A DNA stretch of 42,698 bases, taken from Myxococcota bacterium. Its GTDB lineage: Bacteria > Myxococcota > Myxococcia > Myxococcales > Myxococcaceae. Position numbers and translations under genes: made by a program. Each line of letters begins with the position of its first letter. Position 1 is the stretch's first letter. The notes under the pieces are model-generated. The model ran no database searches. It was not told the origin of the DNA and worked only from the letters and a program-made list of their open reading frames with translations. Shown here in pieces: positions 1 to 10,012 of this stretch. The stretch lies in NCBI GenBank assembly GCA_049322255.1, contig JBMORE010000002.1:1-42698 (forward strand). The letters run 5' to 3'.

Positions 1-124
1 CGGATTTCGAGGGCTTGATTCGCGGCGACCAGCGGAGAGACATGGGCGTTACCTCCGCCCATGACAGATCATTTTTCCACGCCGACGTCGATCCCCTTGG
101 CGCCTAACGGGATCAGCTCTCTAG
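1..124 (-). mobile_element. Insertion sequence end (partial), pointing out of the window; CTAG target at 121-124; first codons of a probable transposase at 43..1 (MSLRWSPRIKPSKS)
   Basis: Exact reverse complement of 42572-42695; identity stops at CTAG; GGAGG SD plus ATG lead off the contig edge. Family (IS1182/IS5-like) is inferred from the CTAG target and the recalled N-terminus only. Confidence 0.8.
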
Positions 125-822
125 CGCCCCACCGAAAGCTGGTTCTCCACCCGGTCGACCCCAAAGACGTACCAGGTGTCGCGCTCGGCGAGCTCTCGTT
201 CGCTCTGGGTGGGCACCGACCCGGAGAGGGTGACGACCCGGTTTTGGGTGTGCACGCCGATCTGGGTGGTGTCGATGAGTGGGTCTTTCTCGAGCACGAT
301 GTCCACCGCGTCGGTGACCTCTTCGTCGCGATCCTCCTCGGCGGGGCTCACCCCCAGGCCGTTGACCACGTCGCGTGTGCCCGGCACCCACCACGCGAGC
401 ACGCCGGCCAGGCGCTTCTGAGCAAGGCTGCTCACTTCGCCGTCGAGGGTAACCACTCCGTCCTCGACCCGGATCTCGATGAGGCCCCTGGCTTCGGCGC
501 CCAGGTCTCGCACCGTCCTGCCATCCGCACGCAGGGAGAATGGACGCAGCGTCGGCTCCTCGTCGAGCGCGTCACGCACATGGTCGCGAACTTGGGCGTC
601 AGTCATGCGCATCGCCGGGACGACGCGCAGCTGGTCGACGAGGGCCTCCGGCGCCCACACGGCGGCCGCTCGCTCGAGGGCGAGCTTCTTGACCGCGAGG
701 CTGCTCACCTCTCCGCGCATGACCAGCGCCCCCGCGTCCACCGATAGCTCGATGCGCTCCTGCTCCTTTCTCACCAGCGGGTGCGAAGCCAGCGCTTCGT
801 CGACCTGAGCAGTGAGGGACAT
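121..822 (-). CDS. BON domain protein (three BON-like repeats, OsmY-like)
   Basis: Repeated motifs V(E/D)xGxVxLxGEVSSLAxKxLA and VQNRVVTLSGSVPT...VFGVDRVENQL; start trimmed to MSLTAQVD; the TAG stop lies in the IS target CTAG. Confidence 0.85.
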   Translation of the reverse strand: MSLTAQVDEALASHPLVRKEQERIELSVDAGALVMRGEVSSLAVKKLALERAAAVWAPEALVDQLRVVPAMRMTDAQVRDHVRDALDEEPTLRPFSLRADGRTVRDLGAEARGLIEIRVEDGVVTLDGEVSSLAQKRLAGVLAWWVPGTRDVVNGLGVSPAEEDRDEEVTDAVDIVLEKDPLIDTTQIGVHTQNRVVTLSGSVPTQSERELAERDTWYVFGVDRVENQLSVGR

Positions 823-948
823 GTCCAAACGGTAGTGTCGCTCGAGGTGTCCGGCGGCCGGGCGGGTGCCCTGGGGATCGCTTGGCTGCATGCATTCATG
901 GGCAGCTGGGGAGGACCTACCTTCAAGCTCGAGCCCACGGGAGGAACC

Positions 949-1422
949 ATGCGTCAGGAAGAAGAAAGGTCGGAACCGCGCTTCGAGGAGCTCGCCGTCG
1001 ATCAGGTGATGTCGACGCGGGTGGTCTCCATCCAGCCTGATGCGACGCTGGGCGAGGCCGCGGGGATGATGCTGGAGGGAGGATTTCGCCACCTCCCCGT
1101 GCTCGACGAAGACGAGCGGCTGGTAGGCGTCTTGAGCGAGCGCGACTTGCGGGAGTGGTTGGGCGTCGAGCTGCGGGAGTGGCCGCGCGCCGCCCGCAAC
1201 TTGGATGAGGCGGTGTCGAGCGCGATGGTCTCCAACCCCACCGCGATGCATTCGGGGGTGAAGCTGCTCGCGGCGCTGGAGGTGTTCGCCGACGAGCGCA
1301 TCGGAGCGTTGCCGGTGCTCGACGAGCACGAGCGATTGGTGGGAGTGCTTTCCTACGTCGACGTGCTCGACTGGCTCCGCCGACACACCGTTCCTCCGCC
1401 TGAGGCCCCAGCGCCGGTGTAG
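949..1422 (+). CDS. CBS-pair domain protein
   Basis: Two CBS repeats (VMS..VVSIQPDATLGEAAGMM..FRHLPVLDEDERLVGVLSERD; IGALPVLDEHERLVGVLSYVD); GGAGG SD before ATG 949. Confidence 0.9.
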   Translation: MRQEEERSEPRFEELAVDQVMSTRVVSIQPDATLGEAAGMMLEGGFRHLPVLDEDERLVGVLSERDLREWLGVELREWPRAARNLDEAVSSAMVSNPTAMHSGVKLLAALEVFADERIGALPVLDEHERLVGVLSYVDVLDWLRRHTVPPPEAPAPV

Positions 1423-1451
1423 GCTTTCCGCCCAGCAACGCCTGGACGGGG

Positions 1452-3023
1452 ATGAACGAACCAACGGTCAAGAAGCGTCGCCGCCGTCGGCGTGGCCGGG
1501 GGCGGGGCAGAGGTGGCCCACCCGCCAAAGCGACGCCCCTCGAGGCCTGCCGTGAGGTGGCGCGCCGTCGCTTCGGCATTCCCACCCTGCACCCGGAGCA
1601 AGAGGCCGCCATGCAGGCGGTGCTCGAAGGGCGCGACACCCTGGTGGTGTTGCCCACCGGCTTCGGCAAGTCGCTCATCTACCAGGTGCCGGCGCTGGTG
1701 CTGCCGCGGCCCACGGTGGTGGTCTCTCCGCTCATCGCCTTGATGATGGACCAAGAACGCGCGCTCCACCGTCGTGGGGTGCCGGTGGTGCGCTTGGACA
1801 GCACCGTGGGCGCGGTGGCCCGGCGCGAGGCGCTCGCCCGGCTGGAGCACGGCGGCCGCCTCATCGCCCTCACCACCCCCGAGACGCTCGAGTCGGCGTC
1901 GGCGGGCCCCTCGTTCGAGAAGGCCAAGCCCGCGCTCTTGTGCGTCGACGAGGCGCACTGCATCTCGGAGTGGGGGCACGACTTTCGCCCCTCCTACTTG
2001 CGCCTGGGCGAAAAGCGGGCGCGGCTGGGAGGGCCCCCGGTGCTCGCGCTCACCGCCACCGCCACGCCCAAGGTGCGCGAAGACGTGGCCGCCCGCTTGG
2101 CGATGAAGGCGCCGCTGGTGGTGGCCGCCCCTCCGCACCGCGAGAACTTGGTGCTGGGGGCGAAGCTCGTCCCCGGCAACTTCAAGCCCGAGGCGGCGGC
2201 GCGGCTGCTCAAGCGGTTGCAGCGGCCGGGCATCGTCTACTGCGCTACCACGGTGGCGGTGGACCAGATTTGGCGCGCGCTCAACCGGGCAGGCATTCCC
2301 GCGGCGCGCTACCACGGCAAGATGGCCGCCAAGGAACGCGAGGCCTCGCAGCGGCGCTTCATGAAGCCCTCCAAGCGCATCGTGATGGTGGCCACCAGCG
2401 CCTTTGGCATGGGCATCGACAAGCCCAACATCCGCTACATCCTCCACTACCAATCGCCGGGCTCGTTGGAGCAGTACGTGCAAGAGGCGGGGCGGGCGGG
2501 CCGCGATGGCGCGCGCGCGCACTGCGTGCTGCTCTTCGACCCCGCTGACTTGGACATTCAGCGCCACCTCCAATCGCGCAGCCGGCCCAAGGTGCACCAG
2601 CTTCTGCGGGTAGCCGAGGCCTTGGCGGCGTGGGCGGGCGAAGACAAACCGGTCGACGTGAAGGCGCTCGCGCTCTCGGCTTCGCTGCCGGCGGCGACTT
2701 GCGGTGCCTTGTGCGTCCAGCTGGAGGAGGCAGGCCTTATCGAGGAACGCGAGGGAGCCTTCGTGGCGCGGGTCGCTCCCAGCGAGTTGGTCGAGCGCGC
2801 CCGTGACCTGGCGGGCCGATTGGAGACGATGCGTCGCGAGGACGAACGGCGTCTCGAGGCGGTGGCGGGCTACGCCGAGACCGAGGAGTGCCGCAGCGTC
2901 TTCATTCGCCGCTACTTCGGAGAAGCCAATCCTCCCCGCTGCGGCAAGTGCGACCGTGACCGCCCCCTTGCGGGGAAATCGACCCCCGCCCCGGCTGTTG
3001 AGGCGCCCGGACGGACCCCCTAG
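1452..3023 (+). CDS. recQ: RecQ-family ATP-dependent DNA helicase (short, no HRDC)
   Basis: LPTGFGKS, VDEAHCISEWGHDFRPSY, ALTATAT, ATSAFGMGIDK, QEAGRAGRDG, C-terminal Zn-binding segment. Confidence 0.95.
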   Translation: MNEPTVKKRRRRRRGRGRGRGGPPAKATPLEACREVARRRFGIPTLHPEQEAAMQAVLEGRDTLVVLPTGFGKSLIYQVPALVLPRPTVVVSPLIALMMDQERALHRRGVPVVRLDSTVGAVARREALARLEHGGRLIALTTPETLESASAGPSFEKAKPALLCVDEAHCISEWGHDFRPSYLRLGEKRARLGGPPVLALTATATPKVREDVAARLAMKAPLVVAAPPHRENLVLGAKLVPGNFKPEAAARLLKRLQRPGIVYCATTVAVDQIWRALNRAGIPAARYHGKMAAKEREASQRRFMKPSKRIVMVATSAFGMGIDKPNIRYILHYQSPGSLEQYVQEAGRAGRDGARAHCVLLFDPADLDIQRHLQSRSRPKVHQLLRVAEALAAWAGEDKPVDVKALALSASLPAATCGALCVQLEEAGLIEEREGAFVARVAPSELVERARDLAGRLETMRREDERRLEAVAGYAETEECRSVFIRRYFGEANPPRCGKCDRDRPLAGKSTPAPAVEAPGRTP

Positions 3024-3038
3024 AGTCCGCGCATACTC

Positions 3039-3956
3039 GTGCTCTCGCTCCTCGCGACCATCGCCTTCGTCGCCCTCAGTCCCGAGGCGGCTCAGCCGCT
3101 CTCGGTGCAGCGCCGCGTCACCCCGGAGCAGGTGAAGCTGGGCGAGCCGTTCGTCTACGAGCTGGTTCTCACTCACCCCAAGGGCCTGCGCTACGAGCTG
3201 CGCGCTCCCCCTCCGCTCGAGGCCTTCGAGGTGCTCGAGCAGACGCGCCAGCGCGTCGATGGTGCTGACAGCGCCACCACTACCTTTCGAGTGCGTCTTT
3301 CGCAGTTCGAGCTGGGAAAGGTGCGCCTTCCCGAGCTCACCTTCGACGTCTTCGGCGACGAAGGCTCGGCGACTTGGGTGGCATCGGGGGTGGAGGTGGA
3401 GGCGGTACCCACGCTTCCTCCCGACGCTGAGGAGAAGGGCGCCGGTCTGCACGACATTCGTCCCAATGAAGAAGTTCCGGTACGCACTTTTCGGTTGCTC
3501 TACGCGTTGGCGGGGCTGCTCGTGGCGGCCGCGCTGACGTATTTGCTCCTACGCCACTTGCGTCGTCCGCGGGCGGCCCAGCGACCTGCTGTGCCTCCTC
3601 AGCCACTCGATGTGCGCACGGTGGCCGCGCTCGACGCGCTTCGCGCCGAAAACCTCCCCGCTCAGGGCAGGGTGCGCGAGTTCCACTTCCGTCTCTCGGA
3701 GATTGTCCGCGGCTACTTAGGTGAGCGGTATGCCTTCGAGGCGCTCGAGTGTACGAGTGGAGAGCTTCTCGACGCGCTGGCGAGGCTGCACACGCCCGGG
3801 CTGTCGATGGACGAGCTGGCTGCCTTTGCCCACGGCTCCGACCTGGTGAAGTTCGCCAAGGCCTCGGCGACGGTGGAGGAGTGCAAGGTCGCGCTGGAAT
3901 TTGGCTATCGCTTGGTTCAGGCGACGATGGCTCCAACCCAGCTCTCAGGCAGATGA
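3039..3956 (+). CDS. Bat-locus membrane protein (BatD-like N-terminal domain plus DUF4381-like C-terminus)
   Basis: Signal peptide, VKLGEPFVYEL beta domain, LHDIRP then TM helix, FHFRLSEIVRGYL..ALECTSGEL..DLVKFAK typical of the gene normally upstream of batA. Confidence 0.75.
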   Translation: MLSLLATIAFVALSPEAAQPLSVQRRVTPEQVKLGEPFVYELVLTHPKGLRYELRAPPPLEAFEVLEQTRQRVDGADSATTTFRVRLSQFELGKVRLPELTFDVFGDEGSATWVASGVEVEAVPTLPPDAEEKGAGLHDIRPNEEVPVRTFRLLYALAGLLVAAALTYLLLRHLRRPRAAQRPAVPPQPLDVRTVAALDALRAENLPAQGRVREFHFRLSEIVRGYLGERYAFEALECTSGELLDALARLHTPGLSMDELAAFAHGSDLVKFAKASATVEECKVALEFGYRLVQATMAPTQLSGR

Positions 3957-4011
3957 CCGCGTGCCTGCACGGGCGATTGCCGACGGCGGCGAGGCTGCCG
4001 AAGGTGTGGGC

Positions 4012-4278
4012 ATGGCGGTGCCCAAACATCTCGAAGAAGCGGTGACCCGGCTGGAGATGGCCGCGGAGCGCATCGACCTGGCCCGCGCGGCGCCTTTGTC
4101 GCTGGAGAGCCAGCGCGAGTGGCTGGAAGCGCTGACCGACTTCGTGCAGGCGTTGGGCGAGATTCACGAGTTCACCAACGAGTCGGTGCACGAGAAGCTG
4201 CACGAGCTCGCCGGACGCTTGCGGCTGCGCGAGACACTGACGCCGCCTCCTCCTGCACCCGGCCAGCCGGTTTCTTGA
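4012..4278 (+). CDS. Small helical hypothetical protein
   Basis: Amphipathic 88-aa ORF with GC3-biased codons, fills the intergenic gap. Confidence 0.65.
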   Translation: MAVPKHLEEAVTRLEMAAERIDLARAAPLSLESQREWLEALTDFVQALGEIHEFTNESVHEKLHELAGRLRLRETLTPPPPAPGQPVS

Positions 4279-4346
4279 CGATCCGTTCTTGCGGTCTCTA
4301 ATGGCGCGACAAGGTTGTTTCGTCCTGTGGCGCCCAAGGAGAGCCG

Positions 4347-4538
4347 ATGGAGGACCTCGATACCGTCCCTGAGCAACAGCGGATTCCGCAGTCGCGGCCC
4401 GAGCCGGAGTGGGTGTCCTTGGTGTGGCGGCCGGCGGGCTCTCAGTCGCTGGCCGATCGCTGGCTGCGCGCGGGAGAGGTGAAGCGCGAAAAGCCGCAGC
4501 CGCCGCCACTGCCGAAGCGAACCAAGCCAGCGAAGTAG
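4347..4538 (+). CDS. Small hypothetical protein (63 aa)
   Basis: AAGGAG SD before ATG; ends 4 bp from the convergent gene. Confidence 0.5.
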   Translation: MEDLDTVPEQQRIPQSRPEPEWVSLVWRPAGSQSLADRWLRAGEVKREKPQPPPLPKRTKPAK

Positions 4539-4542
4539 CACG

Positions 4543-5544
4543 CTAGCGGAGCAGGTCCGCCAGCCAGTCAGCGAAGGCAGGAGACTGAACGAACGCGGAC
4601 AGGCGTCGCTGAAGCGCCTCTTTGCCGAAGGCGCGCGCCGAGGCAAGCAAACCGTGCTGGTCGAGCATTTCTCCCGGCGTTCGTTTCGCAGCCCGACCCA
4701 GGAGCGTCTCCACCGCCGCTTCGAGCGTCGCCTGGCTTTCCTCACGGGAAAGCCACTTCGTCGCCGCCTCGCGGACGATGCGGGCCCCTCCCGGGACGTC
4801 CAGGCGCTGAAGCTCGTGGCCCAGTTGCTCCACGGTCAGCCCGAGCACCCCCTCGAGCATCGCCACCCGCAGCGCGGCTTGGTTTGCGGCACGTGAGGGG
4901 TTGGAGAGCTCTTCGGCGATGCGTTGGAGAATGCCCGACAGCGCCGCGTCGACGAACTCGGCGGCGCGCTTGTCGAGCTGGCGCTCCATCTCCTCGGAGA
5001 CCGCCCCCACCATGCCGCTGGCAATGGCGCCCAGTGACCCGGTGCGGCTCTTGGCCTGCTCGGCGGCGAACTTCGCCAGCCCTCCCAGCCCCTTGGCTAC
5101 CCGGCTGTCGGCGAGGGGAGCTCCCAGCCGGCGCCCGAAGTCGAGGACGATGTTCAGCGCCAGCTCGCGCACCAGTGCTCGCACCGGCTCGGGCTGAAGC
5201 AGCGCCAGCACCACCCCTCGATCGGGTGAGTACGGCCGTGCCAGGAGCTTCGCCGCCGCGTCGATGCCCTCGGAGGGAAGCACCTGGGCGAGCGTGCGGC
5301 GATCTGCGGTCAGCGCTTCGGCGACGTTCGAGAGCGCGGCCTCCAGTGCCGGCAGCGCTCGTTCCGAGGCAAGCCAACCGCTGAGTGCCTCTCGCACGAT
5401 GCGCGCGACCTCGGGGAAAGGAAGCAGCTCCTCCACGGAGCGCCCCAGCGCATCTTCCACGATGAGCTCGCACAGCCGTTCGAGGGGTGCTCCAGGGGAG
5501 TCGTCTTGGAGACGGCGAAGCAGCTCGGCCCTATTGTCGGACAA
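4543..5544 (-). CDS. All-helical hypothetical protein
   Basis: 333-aa Leu/Ala-rich amphipathic ORF, TTG start with GAGG SD. Confidence 0.75.
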   Translation of the reverse strand: MSDNRAELLRRLQDDSPGAPLERLCELIVEDALGRSVEELLPFPEVARIVREALSGWLASERALPALEAALSNVAEALTADRRTLAQVLPSEGIDAAAKLLARPYSPDRGVVLALLQPEPVRALVRELALNIVLDFGRRLGAPLADSRVAKGLGGLAKFAAEQAKSRTGSLGAIASGMVGAVSEEMERQLDKRAAEFVDAALSGILQRIAEELSNPSRAANQAALRVAMLEGVLGLTVEQLGHELQRLDVPGGARIVREAATKWLSREESQATLEAAVETLLGRAAKRTPGEMLDQHGLLASARAFGKEALQRRLSAFVQSPAFADWLADLLR

Positions 5545-5611
5545 GGGGTGACCTCATGCGCTCGTCGTATTTTGAAAGGTTCGGTTGGGTGCCGTCACCA
5601 GGAGAATGACC

Positions 5612-7264
5612 ATGATGAGCTCGCACTGCCGGGGAAGCTGCCGAGGCCGCGTCGATTTGCTGATTCCTTTCCTGTTGGTCGTGGCGCTGGTGGCCCTCCC
5701 GTCGATCGCGCATGCTGCACCGGACGAAACCCTGGCGGTCTGGATTCCGCGCGCGGCGGGAACGACTCCGTTCAGCGGCCAGCCAACCGCGTCGCCGCAC
5801 TCCTTCTGGCTCTATGCCCATCAAGGAGTGGAGTACCGTGCCTATGCCGTCGCCACTGGCGGCACGCCCCCCTACACCTGGTCATTGTCTGGGCAGCCGG
5901 CGGGGATGACCATCGACTACAAATCTGGTGCAGCGGGAAAGACCGGGACCAACACGCAATACTTCACCGGCGTGATTTCCTGGCCCAATCCCCAGGCCAG
6001 CTCCGGGACGATTACCGTGACGGTGACCGACGCGCTCTCGGCGCAGGCCAGCGCGACGTGGACCGTCACCGTACAGAGCTCCAAGTTCGTCTTCGTCGAT
6101 TGCGACGCGACGGCACCGGGGAGCGGCACCCTCGCCAACCCCTACCCGAGCATTTCGGCCATGTACAACGCCCGGCCTGCCCACGTGGACAAGATCGTGA
6201 TGTTTCGCTCCTGCGCAGGGACGTATCGCGTCCATGACATGACCTTGAACGATCCCGAGCGCAAGGACTTCCACGGCCTCTACGACCCGATGCAGTGGAT
6301 TGCTCATCCCGGTGAGACGCCGGTCTTCGACGTCAACTTCCAAGCCGGTGTGACCAACGGGGCTTACGTTCGGTTCACTCCGGCAGGAATGCCGGTCGCA
6401 TGGGTGGGAATTGACTGCATCAACACCCGGAATCAATGCCTGAATCTGGTGGACGGAACCTTTTTGGGTCTCGTGGCCGACTCCGCCTTCTCGGACCAGA
6501 CTGGGACCGATGGAGAGAATCCTGCCTTCGTGATGACCTCCGCCGGGGCGAAGAACCTCACGATGATCATCCGAAACGACTTCTCGGATTACGGCGTGAA
6601 GGGTCAGGCAAACGTCAGCGGCAGCTGCATCGAGACGTACGAAGAAACGTACTTCGCGCTGATCGACAATGTGTGCCGCGACTCGGTGGGCGCCGACTCC
6701 GATCTGAGTGGGTTTCATCTGAAAGGCAGAATGGACCAGGTCTTCGTCTACAACAACCTGGTGCACGGCGTTCATCATCGAGGGATCGGCGGCAGTAACA
6801 ACGTGCTCGGCGATGCGGTGATTGCCTTCAACCGGCTCTACAACTGCGGCAATGACTGCATGTCCCTGAACGAGTTCGGGACCATCGTGACGCCGATTCA
6901 CCTTCGGCGTAACAGCATCGTCGGACAACTGCTCATCGAGGACGTCAATCTCGCGTCCTCGGGCCCGTTCATCTTGAGCAACAACGTCCATGTGGCAACC
7001 GAACCGCTGGGCGGGTGCAAGCCGGGGCATCGGTTGACCTGTCCGAACAGCTCTCAGCTCGACAGAATTGTGCTTTCCGCCGCGCCGAACGAAGACGTCG
7101 TGAAGCAACCGTCCGACAACTGTGTGGACTCCCTGGGGCTCCTGAGCGATGTCGGGCCTGACGATTGTCTGACCAACTTCCTGGGTACCAAGGGAGCGCA
7201 GGTGGCAGCGACGCCGCCGAGTGGAGGCGTTCCTCGCCCGCCGCGCAATCTAACGGTTCGTTGA
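5612..7264 (+). CDS. Secreted protein: putative Ig-like domain plus right-handed beta-helix (pectin lyase-like fold)
   Basis: Signal peptide ending AHA-A; ATGGTPPYTWSLSGQPAGMTID (putative Ig); FVFVD..GSGTLANPYPSI; Asn-rich repeated strands; GGAG SD. Confidence 0.75.
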   Translation: MMSSHCRGSCRGRVDLLIPFLLVVALVALPSIAHAAPDETLAVWIPRAAGTTPFSGQPTASPHSFWLYAHQGVEYRAYAVATGGTPPYTWSLSGQPAGMTIDYKSGAAGKTGTNTQYFTGVISWPNPQASSGTITVTVTDALSAQASATWTVTVQSSKFVFVDCDATAPGSGTLANPYPSISAMYNARPAHVDKIVMFRSCAGTYRVHDMTLNDPERKDFHGLYDPMQWIAHPGETPVFDVNFQAGVTNGAYVRFTPAGMPVAWVGIDCINTRNQCLNLVDGTFLGLVADSAFSDQTGTDGENPAFVMTSAGAKNLTMIIRNDFSDYGVKGQANVSGSCIETYEETYFALIDNVCRDSVGADSDLSGFHLKGRMDQVFVYNNLVHGVHHRGIGGSNNVLGDAVIAFNRLYNCGNDCMSLNEFGTIVTPIHLRRNSIVGQLLIEDVNLASSGPFILSNNVHVATEPLGGCKPGHRLTCPNSSQLDRIVLSAAPNEDVVKQPSDNCVDSLGLLSDVGPDDCLTNFLGTKGAQVAATPPSGGVPRPPRNLTVR

Positions 7265-7355
7265 GAGTTTGGTTGGCGCTCGGGGCTGCGCGGACCATGC
7301 CCCTGCCCGGTTCCTGCCTGACGGGCGCGGCAGGGGCCGGTTAAGGTGTTTCAAC

Positions 7356-9035
7356 ATGAGCTCCTACCAACGCGACCCGGTAAACGCCCCGCGCCTGCGC
7401 GGAACACCTCTCAAGCTCTTCGTGGAGACGCTGGAGAGCCCGCTGGGTCGAGCGGTGTTGGGAAAAATCACCCATGACAGTGGGCTCGGGCGCTTTCGCG
7501 ACACGCCCGCGAACGGAAACCCGCTGCAGGAGCCCTTGCCACACCCTGCTTCGCTTCCGTCGAAAGCCTCCAGCGCCGTCGAGCTCGCCAACGCGAGCCT
7601 ATCGACGACGGCGAAGCTCCCCTTCGAAACCGCTGCCCAATTCGCTGTCTCCTACCGGTCGGGTGCGGTGTCGCCCGTCGAGGTGGCACGTCGCGTCGTT
7701 GAAGCAATAGGGAGGCGGGGCAAGGGAGAAGGCTCGCTCAACCTCTTCATCGCCTCCCACCCGGAAGACCTTCTCGCTCAAGCCGAGGCATCGGCGGAGC
7801 GCTTCCGTCGGAAGAGGCCACTCTCACTGCTCGACGGCGTACCGGTCGCGGTCAAGGACGAGATGGACCAGGCGGGTTACCCAACGACGGTGGGCACGTC
7901 TTTTCTGGGCACCGAGGTGGCGCGGGAAGACGCGACGGCGGTGGCGCGCCTGCGCGCGGCGGGGGCGGTGCTCATCGGTAAGACGAACATGCACGAGGTG
8001 GGCATCAACACCATCGGCATCAACCCGCATCACGGGGCGGCGCGAAACCCCTACGACCGGTCGCACATCACCGGCGGGTCCTCCAGCGGTTCGGCGGCGT
8101 CGGTGGCCGCGGGGTTGTGCCCCATCGCTGTCGGCGCCGACGGCGGAGGGTCGATTCGCATCCCCTCCGCGCTGTGCGGAGTGGTCGGGCTCAAGGCCAC
8201 CTTCGGCCGCATCAGCGAGCACGGCGTCTTCCCGCTGTGCTGGACTGTAGGCCACGTGGGCCCTATCGGCGCCAGCGTGCGCGACGTCGCGGCTGCCTAC
8301 GCGCTGATGGCCGGTGTCGACCCGCTCGACGCCATCACCCACGCGCAGCCCCCGGTGCACCTCGACGGGCTCGAGCGGCTCGACCTCTCCGGCGTGCGCC
8401 TGGGCGTGTGCAAGGCGTACTTCGAAGATGCCGAACGCTCGGTGGTCGAGCGCTGTGAAGAGTTGGTGAAAGCGTTCGTCCGCGCGGGCGCAGGGGTGGT
8501 CGAAGTGCCGCCCCCCGACTTCAACACCATCTTGTGGAGCCACCTCATCCTCATTCTCTCGGAGATGGCCAGCTCGCTCGCTCCTCACCTGCGCGAAGAC
8601 ACCCGCCGCTTCGGCTACGACGTGCGCACCAATCTGGCGATTGGGAGGTTCCTCGAGGCGACCGACTACGTGCACGCGCTTCGCCACCGCCGAATGCTTA
8701 CCGCTCACTGGCTGGAGGTGATGAAGGGCGTCGATGTCTTCGTCACTCCGACCACCGCCACCACCGCGCCGGCGATGCCCGAGCGTGCGTTGCCCGAGGG
8801 CGAGTCCAACTTGCGCACGACCGACGAGCTGATGCGCTTCATTCGCATCGGCAACCTCACCGGCTTTCCCGCCCTCTCGGTGCCCGCGGGCTACGACGCT
8901 CAAGGGCTGCCGGTCGGTTGCCAGCTCATGGGCCGGCCGTGGGAAGAACACCTGCTCTTGCGTTTGGGGCTGGTCGCAGAAAGCGCAGTGGAGCGGTGCC
9001 TCCCGGCACACCACGTTCGGCTGCTGGAACGGTGA
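7356..9035 (+). CDS. Amidase signature family protein (fatty acid amide hydrolase-like)
   Basis: [10 protein letters not shown] (catalytic Lys), [27 protein letters not shown]. Confidence 0.92.
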   Translation: MSSYQRDPVNAPRLRGTPLKLFVETLESPLGRAVLGKITHDSGLGRFRDTPANGNPLQEPLPHPASLPSKASSAVELANASLSTTAKLPFETAAQFAVSYRSGAVSPVEVARRVVEAIGRRGKGEGSLNLFIASHPEDLLAQAEASAERFRRKRPLSLLDGVPVAVKDEMDQAGYPTTVGTSFLGTEVAREDATAVARLRAAGAVLIGKTNMHEVGINTIGINPHHGAARNPYDRSHITGGSSSGSAASVAAGLCPIAVGADGGGSIRIPSALCGVVGLKATFGRISEHGVFPLCWTVGHVGPIGASVRDVAAAYALMAGVDPLDAITHAQPPVHLDGLERLDLSGVRLGVCKAYFEDAERSVVERCEELVKAFVRAGAGVVEVPPPDFNTILWSHLILILSEMASSLAPHLREDTRRFGYDVRTNLAIGRFLEATDYVHALRHRRMLTAHWLEVMKGVDVFVTPTTATTAPAMPERALPEGESNLRTTDELMRFIRIGNLTGFPALSVPAGYDAQGLPVGCQLMGRPWEEHLLLRLGLVAESAVERCLPAHHVRLLER

Positions 9036-9066
9036 CCCACCGCCCTGCTCGTATTATGGAAGGGTC

Positions 9067-9648
9067 ATGAACGTTCCCCTGATTGTCGAAACGACTCACC
9101 GTGGCGAGCGGGTGTACGACCTGTACAGCCGCCTGCTCAAAGACCGCATCATCATGCTCGGCACGCCGATCACCGACGACGTGGCGAACATCATCGTCTC
9201 GCAGCTGCTCTTCCTCGAGTCGGACGATCCGGACAAGGACATCAGCCTCTACGTCAACTCGCCGGGTGGCTCGGTCACCGCCGGCTTGGCCATCTACGAC
9301 ACCATGCAGTACGTGAAGCCCAACGTGTCGACCATCTGCGTGGGACAGGCGGCCTCGATGGGCGCGGTGCTTCTGATGGCCGGCACCAAGGGCAAGCGCT
9401 TCGCTCTGCCCAACGCGCGGGTGATGATTCACCAGCCCTGGGGCGGGGTGGAGGGCCAGGCGTCGGACATCGAAATTCACGCCCGGGAAATTCTCTCGCT
9501 CAAGAAGCGGCTCAACGAAATCATCTCTCGCCACACGGGGCAGTCGGTGATGCGCGTCGACGAGGACACCCACCGCGACCGCTTCCTCACCGCGGCGCAG
9601 TCGAAGGAGTACGGCATCATCGACGAAGTGGTGACCAAGAAGCGCTAA
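9067..9648 (+). CDS. clpP: ATP-dependent Clp protease proteolytic subunit
   Basis: [25 protein letters not shown] (Ser), MIHQP (His), RDRF (Asp). Confidence 0.97.
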   Translation: MNVPLIVETTHRGERVYDLYSRLLKDRIIMLGTPITDDVANIIVSQLLFLESDDPDKDISLYVNSPGGSVTAGLAIYDTMQYVKPNVSTICVGQAASMGAVLLMAGTKGKRFALPNARVMIHQPWGGVEGQASDIEIHAREILSLKKRLNEIISRHTGQSVMRVDEDTHRDRFLTAAQSKEYGIIDEVVTKKR

Positions 9649-9722
9649 AGCCCTCACCCAGCCGTCTCCAACGCCGCCTGCTCCGTTCCACCTCGCTGGC
9701 GGTGTCAGCCGGGGTGTGCGTG

Positions 9723-9760
9723 TTGCCTGCGCAGAGTACTTGGCATATTTTTATGGCATG
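9723..9760 (+). promoter_or_regulatory. Sigma70-type promoter of the TA operon (TTGCCT-N17-TATTTT) overlapped by a TGGCAT direct repeat (candidate operator)
   Basis: TTGCCT 9723-9728, TATTTT 9746-9751, TGGCAT at 9741 and 9754; ATG 6 nt after the -10 box. Confidence 0.55.
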
Positions 9761-10012
9761 AAACATTTACATCTTCCGCTGTCAGATGATTTGTACGCTG
9801 CCCTCAAGGCCGAAGCTGCGCGACTGGAGACCCCCGCCACGAAGCTCGCGCGAGAGGCGATCGACCACTGGCTCGCCCAGAGGCGGCGTGAGGCTGTCAC
9901 CAAGGCCATCGCCCAGTACGCCGCATCGTTCGGAGGCACCGCCGCCGACCTGGATACAGCGCTCGAGCGTGCGGGGGCCGCGCACTTGGGCAACCTCGAT
10001 GAGGACACATGA
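9758..10012 (+). CDS. Ribbon-helix-helix (CopG-like) antitoxin
   Basis: MKHLHLPLSDDLYAALKAEAAR...KLAREAI RHH pattern; ATGA overlap with the toxin. Confidence 0.75.
   Translation: MKHLHLPLSDDLYAALKAEAARLETPATKLAREAIDHWLAQRRREAVTKAIAQYAASFGGTAADLDTALERAGAAHLGNLDEDT

Noticed and set aside
61..747. ORFs 61..747 (+) and 42096..42635 (-) sharing the N-terminus MTDHFSTPTSIPLAPNGISSL
   Set aside because: The shared start is just the IS end read inward; the remainders are antisense to BON and rho
7356..9035. gatA (Glu-tRNA amidotransferase subunit A)
   Set aside because: No gatB/gatC neighbours, and it has a long N-terminal extension; better described as a general amidase
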